Positions 1 through 12,331 of a DNA stretch of 64,000 nt are shown here, one piece after another. This DNA comes from Camelus dromedarius (taxonomy: Eukaryota). The notes under the pieces were generated by a model that worked only from the letters and a program-made list of their open reading frames with translations, did not search any database and was not told the DNA's origin. The position numbers and the translations under genes are program-made. The stretch covers positions 8,990,001-9,054,000 of the forward strand of contig NC_087436.1 of assembly GCF_036321535.1 (NCBI RefSeq). Direction: 5' to 3'. Position 1 is the stretch's first letter. Each line of letters starts with the position of its first letter.

Positions 1-38
1 TATAGTCAGTTTACAATGTTGTGTCAATTTCTGGTGTG
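1..38 (-). mobile_element. Short LINE-1 3' UTR terminal fragment, cut by the window edge
   Basis: tatagtcagtttacaatgttgtgtcaatttctggt is the reverse complement of the L1 3' end seen at 56504-56538. Confidence 0.75.
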
Positions 39-59
39 AAATTAATATTTAAATTAATT

Positions 60-235
60 GCTTAACCAGAAGTTTTTAAATTGTTTTTAAAAATTATTTT
101 ATTAATTTTTTTTAGCTAATTGCATTGTTCTCTTAGCCTTCTGAATATTTTGGTTGTGGTGTCCTTCCCATCACTGGCTTTTGGTTTTTTCAAACCATTG
201 ATAAACTCTGTACAAGTTAGTACAACAAAACAGAC
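60..235 (-). mobile_element. Possible ancient Tigger/pogo-type (TcMar) transposase relic
   Basis: Minus-strand translation gives VYQWFEK...NIQKAKRTMQLAKK with an internal stop, resembling the CENP-B-type HTH motif (xYxWF...IQEKA..LA). Confidence 0.3.
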
Positions 236-1347
236 CAGGACACTACGATACATAAAGAAATATGGTTTTAAATACTTTTTTTTTAAATGTTTTAATTTAC
301 ATATGATAATCTTCTGCATATACACTGTTAGATCATGTATAATTTGCTTAGATAATAATATTGTTTATCTGTTTCACGTCATTGGCAGACAGGTATGGCA
401 GGCTTGTTGTAAAAGTTAGTTTGTGATCTGGCTCCTCAGTCTCCCTACTCTGCCAACATATCTGGCACCAAGGCTCTTTTCCAGGGCCTTCTCTCATTCT
501 GTATCTCAGGCTTCAGGGCCTCAGGATCCCACTGGACTGATAGTTTATGGTGTTTGCAACTCGGTGATGATCCATGTTTCCTCCCCTTGCCCATCTTCTC
601 CTTTTTTGGTGTAGAGGCTAAATTATAGAACACTTTACATAAACGTAATGCCCTTAGCATACTGTACGCTAAGATACATGCCATGTGCGTAGGCTCACAG
701 GGCACTATATTTTAGTAGGGATGGGATACAATTAAAACAAATACTTTGTAAGGTACAAAAAAAAAAAAACCTTGTCACATGGGAGATACAAAGCGATATG
801 ATGTTTGGAGGTGGAAGACATTTATTTTGAAGGAAAAAAATAAAAGCTTCCTAATAAAAGTCAGATTTGATCAGGGATTTTTTTTTTAATGGTTAGTCTT
901 TTGACAGGTGGAAATGTGTTGGAAACAGAAGAGCAAAGGGAGACAAAAGAGCAGTATTCTGTGTTTCACAAAACTTGACCCTGCTATCAGTTTTACATCG
1001 TCCTTACCAGTGGTTTCAGAGTCATCATTTCCTAAGTGGGTGAGCCCACCATGTTTATTGTCCCAGTTAAGGCCATCTAGCAAAATCTCCTGTATCTCTT
1101 CCTAAACTGTTTGTTTCTAAATAATTGCTTATCGTATACTTTCAAAAATTACACATAAAAAAGAACAATATAGCTCTATGTATTTAGTTCTCTGAGTGAG
1201 AGTTCTCAAGTAGAAACGAATAAGAAAACATCTCCAAACCAAGTCCCCTTTCTAATGACTACAGTTTATGTACACTGCCTAAAATGTTTCCTGAAGCATT
1301 CTTCCTCCTCTGATCTTTTAGCCAATCATATGAAGTAAGTGCTCTTT

Positions 1348-1485
1348 GTTTCCCGTTTTACAAATAAGGAAGGAATTCGCTCAGAATGGCTACTTAGCAT
1401 GTCCTAAGTCACAAAGTTGTGAGTGATGACACCAAGTTTCAAACTCAAGTCTATTTGAACACTTAGCAATTATGTGATTCTGCCT
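1348..1485 (-). mobile_element. MIR SINE
   Basis: Reverse MIR core: cccgttttacaaataaggaa...cctaagtcacaaagttgtgagtgatgacaccaagtttcaaactcaagtct. Confidence 0.75.
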
Positions 1486-1779
1486 GGATGCCATTTCTAT
1501 TGATTTGTGTGATTCTTGTGGAACATACAGGAGATATGCATTGTAGGCATTTGGAAATGAAAACTTGATCTTAGTAGAAAGCCCAGGAATCTAAGTTTTA
1601 CAGTCACCTATATAAAATGATAGATGAAGATATGACTGAATGTTTTGTAAAAAAAAAAAAAAAAAGTAAATAAAAGTATACGTAGAAAGGAGAGTTGGAA
1701 ATACAGCAACTTGGACCTCAGAAGTTTTCCAAGAGGACCAGAAGTATCTTTCCCCTCAGTCATTAAAAAACTGGTAACT

Positions 1780-1940
1780 TAAAATCCAACAGTAACTTGT
1801 TCTGTAACCTTGGCAATTTCCTTGGTTTATTTTTGCTTTCATTTTCTCACGAGTAAAATGGAGATGGTAATGGAACTGATCTTGTGAGTTACTGTGAATT
1901 AAAGGATATAAATCCTGTAAACTAGTACCTGTCAGATAAT
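1780..1940 (+). mobile_element. MIR SINE
   Basis: tgtaaccttggcaattt...ttttctcacgagtaaaatggagatggtaat core. Confidence 0.75.
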
Positions 1941-3229
1941 GGGCACAACTTTCATGCCAACTGTTACTAACATCAGTATTATCCCTGCTGATGTTGTTGT
2001 CGTCAGGTTATTTCATTCTAAAAAGCAAACCAAAAAGTAGGCAATTTTCAAAGGAGTTACAATCCAGAGTTTATGTGCTATGAATACTTACTGAAACAAT
2101 ACGTAACACGATAGACTCCCAGGTTAGCCCACAAACTCTACTTAGTCATGAATGCTTCAATACTATGGGCCCTATTAATGATATTACAGAAGATAAACAT
2201 TATGTGTAAAGTGTTCTTCGGTAAAATATGGGCAGCAATTTAACTTTGGATCTCATGACCATACTTCTTCTACTGTATGAAATGTCCTGTCCAAGTTATG
2301 GAAGTAAGAACCCCGGCCAGTTCCTCCTTTGTGACGCTATTTGGCAGGACATTTGTAAGGGGTCATTAAAGAGAAGGATGAGAACGTAAAGATCGTAGGG
2401 AGAGAAAACTGTGGAGACAAGTTATTTCTCTCAATTTGATTCCCAATCTTTGTTTCCAGTTCATTCTCTTGGGAACACAGCATCAAGGATGCAGATCTCC
2501 CTACCTTTCCTCAACAAGTCAACCATCCCACGTCTTCCTGCAAAAGGCAGTCCTACACTGCTTCTTGTCCATCTGCTTACCAATGGCAGTCTGCACAGAC
2601 CCAAGGAAGCTGGGGTTACGGAATACGTCTCTGTTATAAAAATTCAGGGTGACATCTAGGGCTGCATGGTCAGAGCCATTTCTGTAATGACCAGAGAGAA
2701 GTAATTAAAGGCTGAATGTTTGGCAAGAACAGTTCAGGAGAAGATGAGGGCTTTTTTCAAGCTGGTGGGTGTCATCTTCTACCTCCTCCATTGCACGCGT
2801 CTCCGTGGCTTCTGATTCTCAGTCTTTTTGGCCCTAAGTCAGTTTCCCTATACTCAGCTTTCATCCAGTCATGCCCAATTAATAGATTTCCTTCCTAGGT
2901 TTCTCAGTGGCCTTGATGGCAACCAATAGGATAAATCTATACATCCTTCACAGAGATTCTTGAGAAAAGCATAGATTTAAAGACCCTCTCTTTAATGTTT
3001 TATTAAACAAACAAGCAAGCAAGCAAAAAATAGGAACAATTTCCACCCAACACACAGCTTCCTTTCATGAAACAGAGTTTCTTGATACTTATTTCTTTGG
3101 GGAATTGCAGAAATTAAGAAAGCAATGATGTTTCTTTGATGTTTTGCATACATATATGCAATATACCTAAACAGTATGTGTATATGTGTGTAGATAGTCC
3201 TCTTACGTACCCTTCTGGTCTACTATGGA

Positions 3230-4600
3230 ATATTGAACACACAAACATCATTTTGCTCCCTCTTTAAATCCTTCAAAACCACTAAAATGAAATTATTTTA
3301 AAAGATACATACAAAGATGAGGAGAACTGGAGAACAGACAACAATGAAATACTGGAAGTCTGACAGCACATGGATAAATGGGAACTGACCTACTTGCCCT
3401 AAGGAGGCTGACTCCCAACCTTGTAGTGGGTAGAGAACCTTATTTACTGCACAGATGCCTCAAAACATACATACACTCAGCAATACCAAGTACCTTTGGA
3501 AATGAAAGCTCAGTGACTGGGAAATAGGGAGGGCTGCTGAAAATTTTTTGAGAAGTGGTTAAATTTCCAGATCCCTTCCACTGTACAACCCTGGGAGAAG
3601 TCTGGAGGTTGATTTACTCAGGACACACCCACATGGAAAATGAGGATCATGGGAGGCTGTCATCTGCCCCAGGGCAGTCCATTCCAACACCTGCAAGAAT
3701 CCGAAGTCACAGGTACCATCTTTAGGCAGATGACTCAAAGACTCTTCTCTAGGGAATTTCATTCTGGGAGTTCCCTAAAACTGATCCACCCAGGTCACCC
3801 ACAGTGAAGCTTTTGGTTAAAAATCTTACCCAGTGCTCAGAAATTCCAAGTCAGCTTTTGGATATCCTTCTCTTAATCAAAAGCAGGAAGCTATGATTAA
3901 CTGGACATCTGAGTAAACTATCTAATGTGGAAAATCAGGCCAAAATAAACAAACAGATAAAATAATATGGGATGAGAATATGCAGAGAGAAAAATACTAT
4001 GAAAACAAATGAAATATTTTTTATTTCTAGGAAGATATACATAATAGTGAATCCTGAATTAATAAGAAAAAAACTTTACAAAAAACAAAAGAGCTATTGG
4101 GATTTAAAAACTTGACTGTTAAATTAAAAAAAAAAAACTTCAGGAGAAAGTGTGGAAAATAAAGTTAAGAAAATCTTACAGAAAATAAATAAATAGGAAA
4201 AAAAAAGATTACACACAGGAAAGAAAATATAAAACAACATAGATATCATTTCCAGAATTCCAAAGTACAAATAATAGAATGTCCAGATGGAGAGGGAAGA
4301 AAAACAGATGGTGGGAAAAAATAATTAATAAAATTATTAAACTATTTCCCAGACCTGATGGACATGAGTTGCCAAACTGAGAGATTTCAGCCAGTGCCCA
4401 GTAAAATAAACTGAAATAGATTCTTGCCATGACACATAGTGAAATTTTAAAACAGCGAAAACAAAGAGAATGATCTACAGGCTCCCACATGGAAAAAGAA
4501 AATGTTCAGCCACACAAAATGGATGAGGAATCAGAATTGCTTCTGAGTTCTCAACAGCCACAGGGAAGCATGAAGGCCACCAGGCAGCGCAGAAGCCTGA
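3230..4600 (+). mobile_element. Ancient L1M/HAL1-type 5' UTR plus ORF1 relic
   Basis: A-rich ORF1-like text, including gaatcagaattgcttctgagttctcaacagccaca (IR.ASDFS.AT-like motif). Confidence 0.65.
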
Positions 4601-4839
4601 AGGGGAAGAACCTTGTGCTGACGGAGTCCCTGCTCCTGCTCTCCCATCCACGTCCCCCTCCTGAGGACGATTCTTCATCTTCAGAGACATTTTTCTGCTT
4701 TGGGGTCCTCCTGGGAGTTGGAGGTACGAATGAAACTTAGAAGCCAAGAAATGCAGACCTCTCCCTCTGCTCATATGCCTGCTGGACTTTGTGACCTGGT
4801 TCACACTTCAGCCCTACGTGTTACAATCTTCCTGGTCTT

Positions 4840-5228
4840 GGAGGCATTCCAACACACTGACTTCTCTGAAATCACCTCTCTTTCCTACCCACACACCCTT
4901 CTTTCTTTGTCTAACCCACGATCATCCTACAGGTCTCTCCTGACATGTCTTCTCATCTAAGAGGCTCCACCTCCCCCTTCCTTTCCACCCTTCCTTGTCC
5001 TACTTTACTGCTACAGTGTCAATGCACTTTTGCAGAATTCTGTGTTTTTTCTCCAAAACATCTAAACAAAATTGTGATTAAAGGATTACATATTGGAATA
5101 TTTGTTAAATACATTTGTCTCAATACATCTGGGTCCCAAGAGAGCGAAGATATGTGTTAGTTCCGCAACTATATTGTCTGGGGCTGGCAAATTCTCTGGT
5201 GAATACTGAACAGTGAACAAATGAATGC
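4840..5228 (+). mobile_element. L2 3' end fragment
   Basis: Pyrimidine-rich L2 body ending in tgaacaaatgaatg tail. Confidence 0.55.
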
Positions 5229-6654
5229 TTGATACAAAGTTGATATTGTACTGTATGCAAAAAGATCAAAATGCATCATCAAATGGTACTACATTGTGAA
5301 ATATTTTAATAAGATATATATGTATACATACATATATATATAGCATTTAAAGTAATATTCAGCAAAAATGATCCTTTTAAAATTCCAGAAGCTGGGCACA
5401 AGTTTTACCTATAAGGTATATTATATGAGAAAATTTGTTTTATGAAACACTGGTCCACATCTTCATCTTTGTGTACCATGGCTGATTAAAATGTACTGTT
5501 GATAGATTAGAGCAGTAAAAAGTCCAATATTGAAAAATAATAAATATTAGAGTTTATAAAAATATAACATAACTAAAGAAATATTTCAAAGTACAGTACA
5601 TGTCAAAGTGATTGTCTTTGATCTCCATTTTGTGTGAGAACTATAGATGTAAGATAATATAATTGTTGCATTCTTATGAGTAAGTAGTATCTTTAGTTAA
5701 AATTTTTGTCTCAAAGGAATAAGTTATTCTCAAACTTAACTTATCTTTTATTGGTGATGTAAGTCATAGAAAAAGTTTTCCAGTAGTTAATTTTAATTTA
5801 TTAATCAGTAATTAAAAAAATTTTAATTTAAATGTATATTTTTTGCTTTAGTCTTTAACAAAGAGAATACTTAATAACATAAGAATATATTAAGAAACTA
5901 TAGCCACAGGAAAAGGGAATGACAATGAGCATAGTACATCACCTTCTTAGTTTTAACTGAGACCCTTAATCATATCATCTAAGAGATGCAAAAAACATTG
6001 ATAACATAATTTAATTATTATGCTGTACAAAATCCTGCCACTTTTTATATAGGAACAGAAAATTGTGGAAATATTTAATAATAAGGATGCATTTGAAAAA
6101 TAAGTTCATTTTTTTTGCTTAGAATAAATATAAGAAAAGTATGTTTCCATATATTAAATTAGAGTACAGGAATTATAATGAATTCCTAAAATGCATATTC
6201 TTGTTAATGTTGGAGTACCTATAACTTGAAATTATATGGGAAATATTTGTAATATGAGAAGCTTTTATTACAGCAGATACATTACTTTATGATTTTTTTA
6301 ATCCCAAATAATAAAGATAAGACTCAATTCTATTTTAAAGTTATTCAGTCAATGGTTTCAGTCACTTTTCTTCTTTATAACTATTAGCTGATTCTCATCT
6401 AGTTGGCACTGAGGCTCATTGAGCTGGTTGACACATTTCATAACTCAGGCATGAAAATGATCATGCAGTGGGAGGACTGTGCAACAGGAGTTGGGTTTTG
6501 TTACTTACGAAAGGGAAACACATAGAAATTTCATTGCCAGTTTGGAGAGTGTGGCTCTATTTGACCAGAAATAAACTATCATTCTTAGTTATTGAACCAG
6601 CTGTAACATGAGGAAAACTGTGAATCAGAACGGTTAATTTTAAATTTTTGTGCA

Positions 6655-9090
6655 AGATGACATCAACATTAACAGTGGAGCAGGATATTCTAAGGGCCCA
6701 TCCTTCCACAGAAACACCAAAATACTGGGCAGAAACTGTCAGAATCTGCTTTATCAGAACTCTGGAAATAGTAAAAATTTAATGGAAACCCAGAGAATAC
6801 TGAAGCCAGAAAAAGGCAACTTGGAAGTGGTAGAAAATCTCTGTGGCACTTCTGTTTGCTCTTTTTCATCCCCTTTCCCAGGTCTGTTGTAGAGTTGAGG
6901 ATGTCAGCCATGTTTCCAGATATCCTGGCTCTGAAAATTACAATAATTGGAAATGCAAAATTCACTAGAGGCTTTCAATAGCAGATATTAGTCAGCAGAA
7001 GAAAGAATTAGAAAACCTGAAGATAGGTAAATTGAAATTGTCTAGTCTGAAGAAGAAAATGAAAAGGAATAAAGCCTAAGAGAATATGGGGTGCCACCAG
7101 ATGTGTAAAATATAAATCATGGTAATCTAAGAAGGAGAGGAAGAGAAAAGGGAGCAGAAGAAGAAACTAAGGAAATAATGACAAATTCTTTCTAGAGTTT
7201 TAGGTGGGTTTACACATCCAAGGAAGTCCAAGAAAGATAAGCACAAAAATATTCACACTGAAACACATAATCGAACTTTAGAAGATGAAGAGAAAGAATC
7301 TTGAAAGAAACAAGAGAAGGGACTTGTTCTTTAAAAGGGATCCTCAGTAAGAATAACAGCTAATTTCTAAGCAGAAACGATGGAGGGCAGAAGGTAGTGG
7401 GATGTTAACTTCTGCATGCTGACATGAAGATGCTGACAACCAAGAATTCTGTAGCAGGTAAAACTATCCCTCAAAACTGAAGGAGAAATGAGACATTCTC
7501 AGACAGACAAAAGGTGTAGGAGTTCAGTGCTTGTAGACCTGACCTCCAAAGGAAGTCCTCCAGAGAGAAATAAAAGGATATTAGACACTAACTCAGTACC
7601 ATATCAAGAAATTTTTAAGAATTGGTAAAGGGAACGACACAGGTAAATACAAATGCCAGTATTATTGTATTTTAGGGTGGTATCTTCTTTTCATTTAACT
7701 CTACGACACTATAAAGCAAAAACTAATCATTTTAAATATAGATTAATGTGTCTATAGTGAATAAAGATCTAATTTGGGAAAACAACAATATACAGGGTGA
7801 GGGACAGAGCTTATGGAATAGTGGGTTTATATGCTATCAAGGCTAAGGTGATATTGATTCACAATGAATAATTATAAGTTTAAGAGATTAAATACAATTT
7901 CCAGGGGAACCACCAAGAATGTAACTAAAAATATGCCTGAAAGAAATGAGAAAAGAATCAAAATGATACATTACAAACAACAACAACAAAACAAACAAAA
8001 ACAAAAAAAACCCAAACCTCATTTGAACACAAAATAAGGCAATGATGGAAGAAATTGGAGGACAAAAAAAAAAAAAAAAAAAGACATATGGAAAAACAAT
8101 AAGAAAATAGAGAAGTAATTGCTTTCTTACTATTCATTACTTTAAATTTAAATGGATTAAACTCTCCCTCAAAAGGCAGAATAGGGAAGGATAGGTGTAA
8201 GAATAGGAAAAGAAAAAAGGTGATTCAACTATATGCCATCTATGAGAAATTCACTTTAAAGACACAAATTGAAAATGAAAGGATGGAAAATAATATCTCA
8301 TGCAGGTAGTAACCAAAAGAGAGATGGGATGGTTATACTATATCAGGCAAAACAGACAGTAAGTCAAAAATTGTTACAGGGGACCAAGAAGGATTTTATA
8401 TATTGACAGCAGAATTATTTTGTCAAGAAGATAAAGCAATTACAATCGTATCAGCAACAAATGTCAGAGGTCCAAAATATATGAAGCAAACATTGACTGA
8501 ATTGAAGAGAAAAATTTATGGTTCCAAAATAGTAACTGCATACTTCAACACTCCACTTTTAGTAATGGAAGAAAATAAGTAGACATAAGATCAATAATGA
8601 AATAAAAAACTTGCACAACAGAATGAATCAATTAAACCTAATGATCATTTTCAGGAAACTTCACTTCCAAATAGCAGAATATACAATTTTTTCAAGTGTA
8701 AATAGAACACTCCCTAGAATAAACCATATGTAAGTCACATGGGTAGTCTCAACACATTAAATAATGGAAATGATCCAAAGTTATCTTCTCCAACCACAGT
8801 GGAATAAAACAAGAAATCAATAGCACAGTGGACTATTCACAAAAAATGTAGCAACTAACAACACATTTTTAAACAACTAAAAGATCAAAAAAGAAAACAA
8901 AATGGAAATTAAAAATACTTTGAAGTGAATGACAATAAAAACGTAGCATTCTAAACTTTCTGAGATTCAGAAAAAGAAGAGCTAAGAGAGAACCAGGCTA
9001 TAAATGCCTACATTTAAAAAAAATCTCAAATCAATAACCTAACTACATTTTACAAAACTGGAATAAGAAGAGATAAAGAAACCCAAAGCT
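6655..9090 (+). mobile_element. Old LINE-1 (L1M): 5' region, ORF1, spacer and ORF2 endonuclease; degraded
   Basis: ORF1-like 6940-7600; EN start ttactttaaatttaaatggattaaactctccctcaaaagg (TLNxNGLNSPxKR) near 8137; many stops. Confidence 0.9.
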
Positions 9091-9378
9091 ATGTATCCAT
9101 TATGGAAAATGGTATAAAGATTCCTTATAAAACTAAATATAGACATATCATATGATCAAGCAATCCCACTCCTGGGCATATGTCCAAAGGGAATTCTAAT
9201 TCAAAAAAAAAGACACCTTCACCCCAATGTTTACAGCAGCACTGTTTACAACAACCAGGACATGGAAACAACCTAAGTGTTCATCAACAGATGACTGGAT
9301 AAAGAAGTTGTCATATATTTATATAATGGAATACTACTCAGCCATGAAAAAGAATAAAGCAATGCTATTTGCAGCAAC
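9091..9378 (+). mobile_element. Internal fragment of a younger L1 ORF2 C-terminus, no 3' UTR or poly(A)
   Basis: Encodes [27 protein letters not shown]...MEYYSAMKKN; closely similar to 53770-54050. Confidence 0.85.
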
Positions 9379-10247
9379 TTCAAAAACTTCCCAACAAGAT
9401 GAATTCACTGATTACACCTACCAATCATTTTTAAAAACTTACCCACTTATTCTTGAACTTTCTAAAAACAGAAGAGGAAGGAATATATCCTAACTCATTC
9501 TATGACGCCAACATTACTCTACTACAAAATCCAAAAAGCTATCACAAGAACAGCAAATCACAGAACAATATCCCTTATGAACACAGATATAAAAATCTTC
9601 AACAAAATACTAGTGAATTCAACCCAGCAGCATATTAAGATGATTATGCCTCATAACCAAGTGGGATTTACTCCAAGAATTCAAAGATTTTTCAACATAT
9701 GAAAACAAATGTAATTCACCATTGCAATAAGTGAAAGAGGGAAACGTGACCATCTCAACTGATGCAAAAAAGCATTGGATAAAATTCAATATGTTTTCAT
9801 TAAAAAAATAAAACAAACACAAACAAACAAACAAACACTTAACAAACCAGGAATTGAAGGGAATTTCCACAACCTGATAAAGATCATTTACAGAAAAAAA
9901 AAAAATACTGCTAGCTCATACTGTATGACTGAAAGCGTTCCCCCTAAGATCAGGAACAAAATACGGGTGCTCAGTTTCCCCAATCTACTCAGTATTGTAC
10001 TGAAAGTTCCAGACAGAACAATCTTGGGGAGTAGGGGAGGAAATAAAAGTCATTTAAACTGGAAAGGAAGATGTAACATGCTTATACGTATAAATATCCT
10101 AAGGACCTATGGAAAAAAAAAAAAAACTATGATAGTTAATAAAAAAATTCAAGAAAGTTACCGGATACAAAATAAACAGAAAAATCAGTATGTTTTTTTT
10201 TTTTTTAATAAACTAGCAGTGAGTGAACAATCCAAAATAGAAACAAA
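9379..10247 (+). mobile_element. Continuation of the old L1 ORF2 (RT domain), degraded
   Basis: NSFYDANITL, ISLMNTDIKIFNKIL, HNQVGFTPRIQRFFNI motifs across shifted frames. Confidence 0.9.
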
Positions 10248-10359
10248 ATTTTATTTATCTTTTTATTTATCTATTTATCTATTATCTGTTTATTTATTTA
10301 TCTATTATTCTATTATCTATTTAGCTATTTACCTATTTATCTATTATCTATTTTATATA
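10248..10359 (+). repeat. Degenerate (TTTA/TCTA)n microsatellite
   Basis: ttatttatctttttatttatctatttatctattatct... tract. Confidence 0.9.
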
Positions 10360-10807
10360 TAGTAGTTTTACCAGTTGGGAACCAAACAGATAAGGAAACA
10401 GGAGTGCCTGTGCAAGCTGGACGCCAGCAGCAGGGAACTAATGCAGAAAAGTCTGAAACACTCAGTGGTAGACTTGGGGAATCTGGACGGTCCTGTCTTT
10501 CTGTGCTGTTTCTCCCAGGTGAGGCCTTCATTTGTACATTAAGAGAACTTGAGTCTCTCTTTCATGAAAACATTTGTTATTACTGTTAACATAATCTAGC
10601 AATGACAGAAGGCTCCTGATAAATCAAAGGAAGGCTACTATTGTCATCGTTTCCAAAGCCAAATGTATATTATAAACAGGTCTCGGGTATTTTCCTCCTG
10701 GAATTCAACCACTGTCAAACAACAGAAAGGCTAGTTTTTTAGATCTCCTTTTTTGAGGATGCATTCTATCCACATTTCTTTCCCCTTTCCCAATTTCATA
10801 AGCTACA
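10360..10807 (-). mobile_element. Probable solo LTR
   Basis: Ends in ...ctaca at 10807; tata on both flanks (low-complexity, weak TSD); decayed minus-strand poly(A) signal (ttcatt) near 10527. Confidence 0.45.
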
Positions 10808-11414
10808 TATAAGGAATGAAGTAGTCCTGGAGCAGGAAGGCACAACATTCTTAGACTCTGGAATCAGGAAAAACTAAGAATAAAAAAAAAGATAGAATTC
10901 TGAGAGGAGCCTTTAAGGAGAAGTAACAGAGAAAGAGAGAGCTAAGGACATTTTAAAAAATTGCATAACACTTTCACATTATAATTCTAATTTAAAATTT
11001 TCTAGTGATCTTTTCCTATTCCGATCAATATCACATATTTATCTGGATAAAATAATTTTTAGCACACGCTGATGCAAAAAAGGATATAACTCAGGCTTAC
11101 CAAGGGTTTTCTTATAGATTCATCACATATTTCTCCTTGTGCACACTAAATCATTTCAAATTCCTGGATCAGAATTATTTATAAAGCAGTCTGATTTGTA
11201 AATTCATTAACTTATTTTTTTTAGCAACATTTCTACGTCTTATGGGCTCCAGCTTTGCCTGGTCATTTCTGAACTTTGAGGCCTAAGTGAATTGTTGTGT
11301 ACCCATTAATCACTGTTCTCTCACCTCCTCCTATGAAGATGGCTTCAGAAGATATAAAGCTTTACTACAATTTCAAATGACACAGAATTCTGGTGAGAAC
11401 ACTCACATAATGTG

Positions 11415-11757
11415 TGTTGTTAAGTTAATTAAACAAGGAGACCATTTAGACCGAGGTGGCTTTAATGCCGCAGCGACTTACATAAGCAAAGAAAAATCTA
11501 AGTCTGAAAATTCCTCAAAGTTATGAAGTCCAAATGCTAAGAACAACCAATCACAAACAGCCAATGAGGCGCTAGGCTGCAGCCAATCCAATAATGACCT
11601 TTTTCTGCTTTCACGTTTTTTCCAAATAATTCTTCCCTCTGGCTCCCTGTGGCTGAGTGCTCCTAACCACTTCTGTTTTGGTGTTGCCCAAACTGAACTG
11701 ATTTTTACTTATATAAACTCTTAAAATAGTTACTATGTGTCAGTTTATCTTTCATCA
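11415..11757 (+). mobile_element. Solo ERV LTR (ERV1-like)
   Basis: TG...CA termini; ATGTG at 11410-11414 and 11758-11762 (TSD); repeated CCAAT boxes; tataaactc poly(A)-like site. Confidence 0.8.
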
Positions 11758-11775
11758 ATGTGACCCATTTGTTTC

Positions 11776-12331
11776 TGCGGGGACCTACTGGAAACCTTGG
11801 AGTTGGTGTAAATATTATTTTAAGCTGAAGACATTTGAAATTCAACAGATAGAGAATGAAGCCTTCTCTGAGCTTCCCTTAAATGACTAAAGTCTGTAAC
11901 CTTGGAAATAAGGCTGCCTTAAATCCCCTCTTCAAAGAGGGGTTCACTCTCAGGAGGAAAAACAAGAATAAACCTACCATAAATCCCATCTTCCCAAACA
12001 GAAAGACCACTCACACCTGTGTAGACAAGCAGTATAAGAATTTTTTCTCCCCTGTGTTCTCCTAAGAACCCATGCGTCTTTCCTAAAGAAATGTCTCTGT
12101 TCTTTCTATACGAGCCTTGTCTTTTTCCCTTTTCCCTACAGCACTAGGTACTTAGACTACTAACTTAAATCATTTAACCAGCCAGCTACTTCTTTTGTTG
12201 TCTCCACAGTGCATAGCCTGCATATGTATAACCCTTTTTCTCCTGTCAGTCTCTCTTTTGTCCATTTAATTTGCAGGCCCCCGGTACTCACAATAAGAGG
12301 GCAGAGGAAAAGTTGTTTTCCGCTTCTATGA
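11776..12331 (+). mobile_element. Solo LTR, MER34-like (ERV1)
   Basis: tattattttaagctgaagacatttga near the start and gagggcagaggaaaagttgttttcc near the end resemble MER34-group LTRs. Confidence 0.7.

Noticed and set aside
208..225. Perfect TACTAAC branch point with acceptor on the minus strand
   Set aside because: Branch A is only about 10 nt from the AG, with no polypyrimidine tract between them.
9775..10362. 195-aa ORF
   Set aside because: Degraded L1 RT sequence running into a TTTA/TCTA microsatellite.
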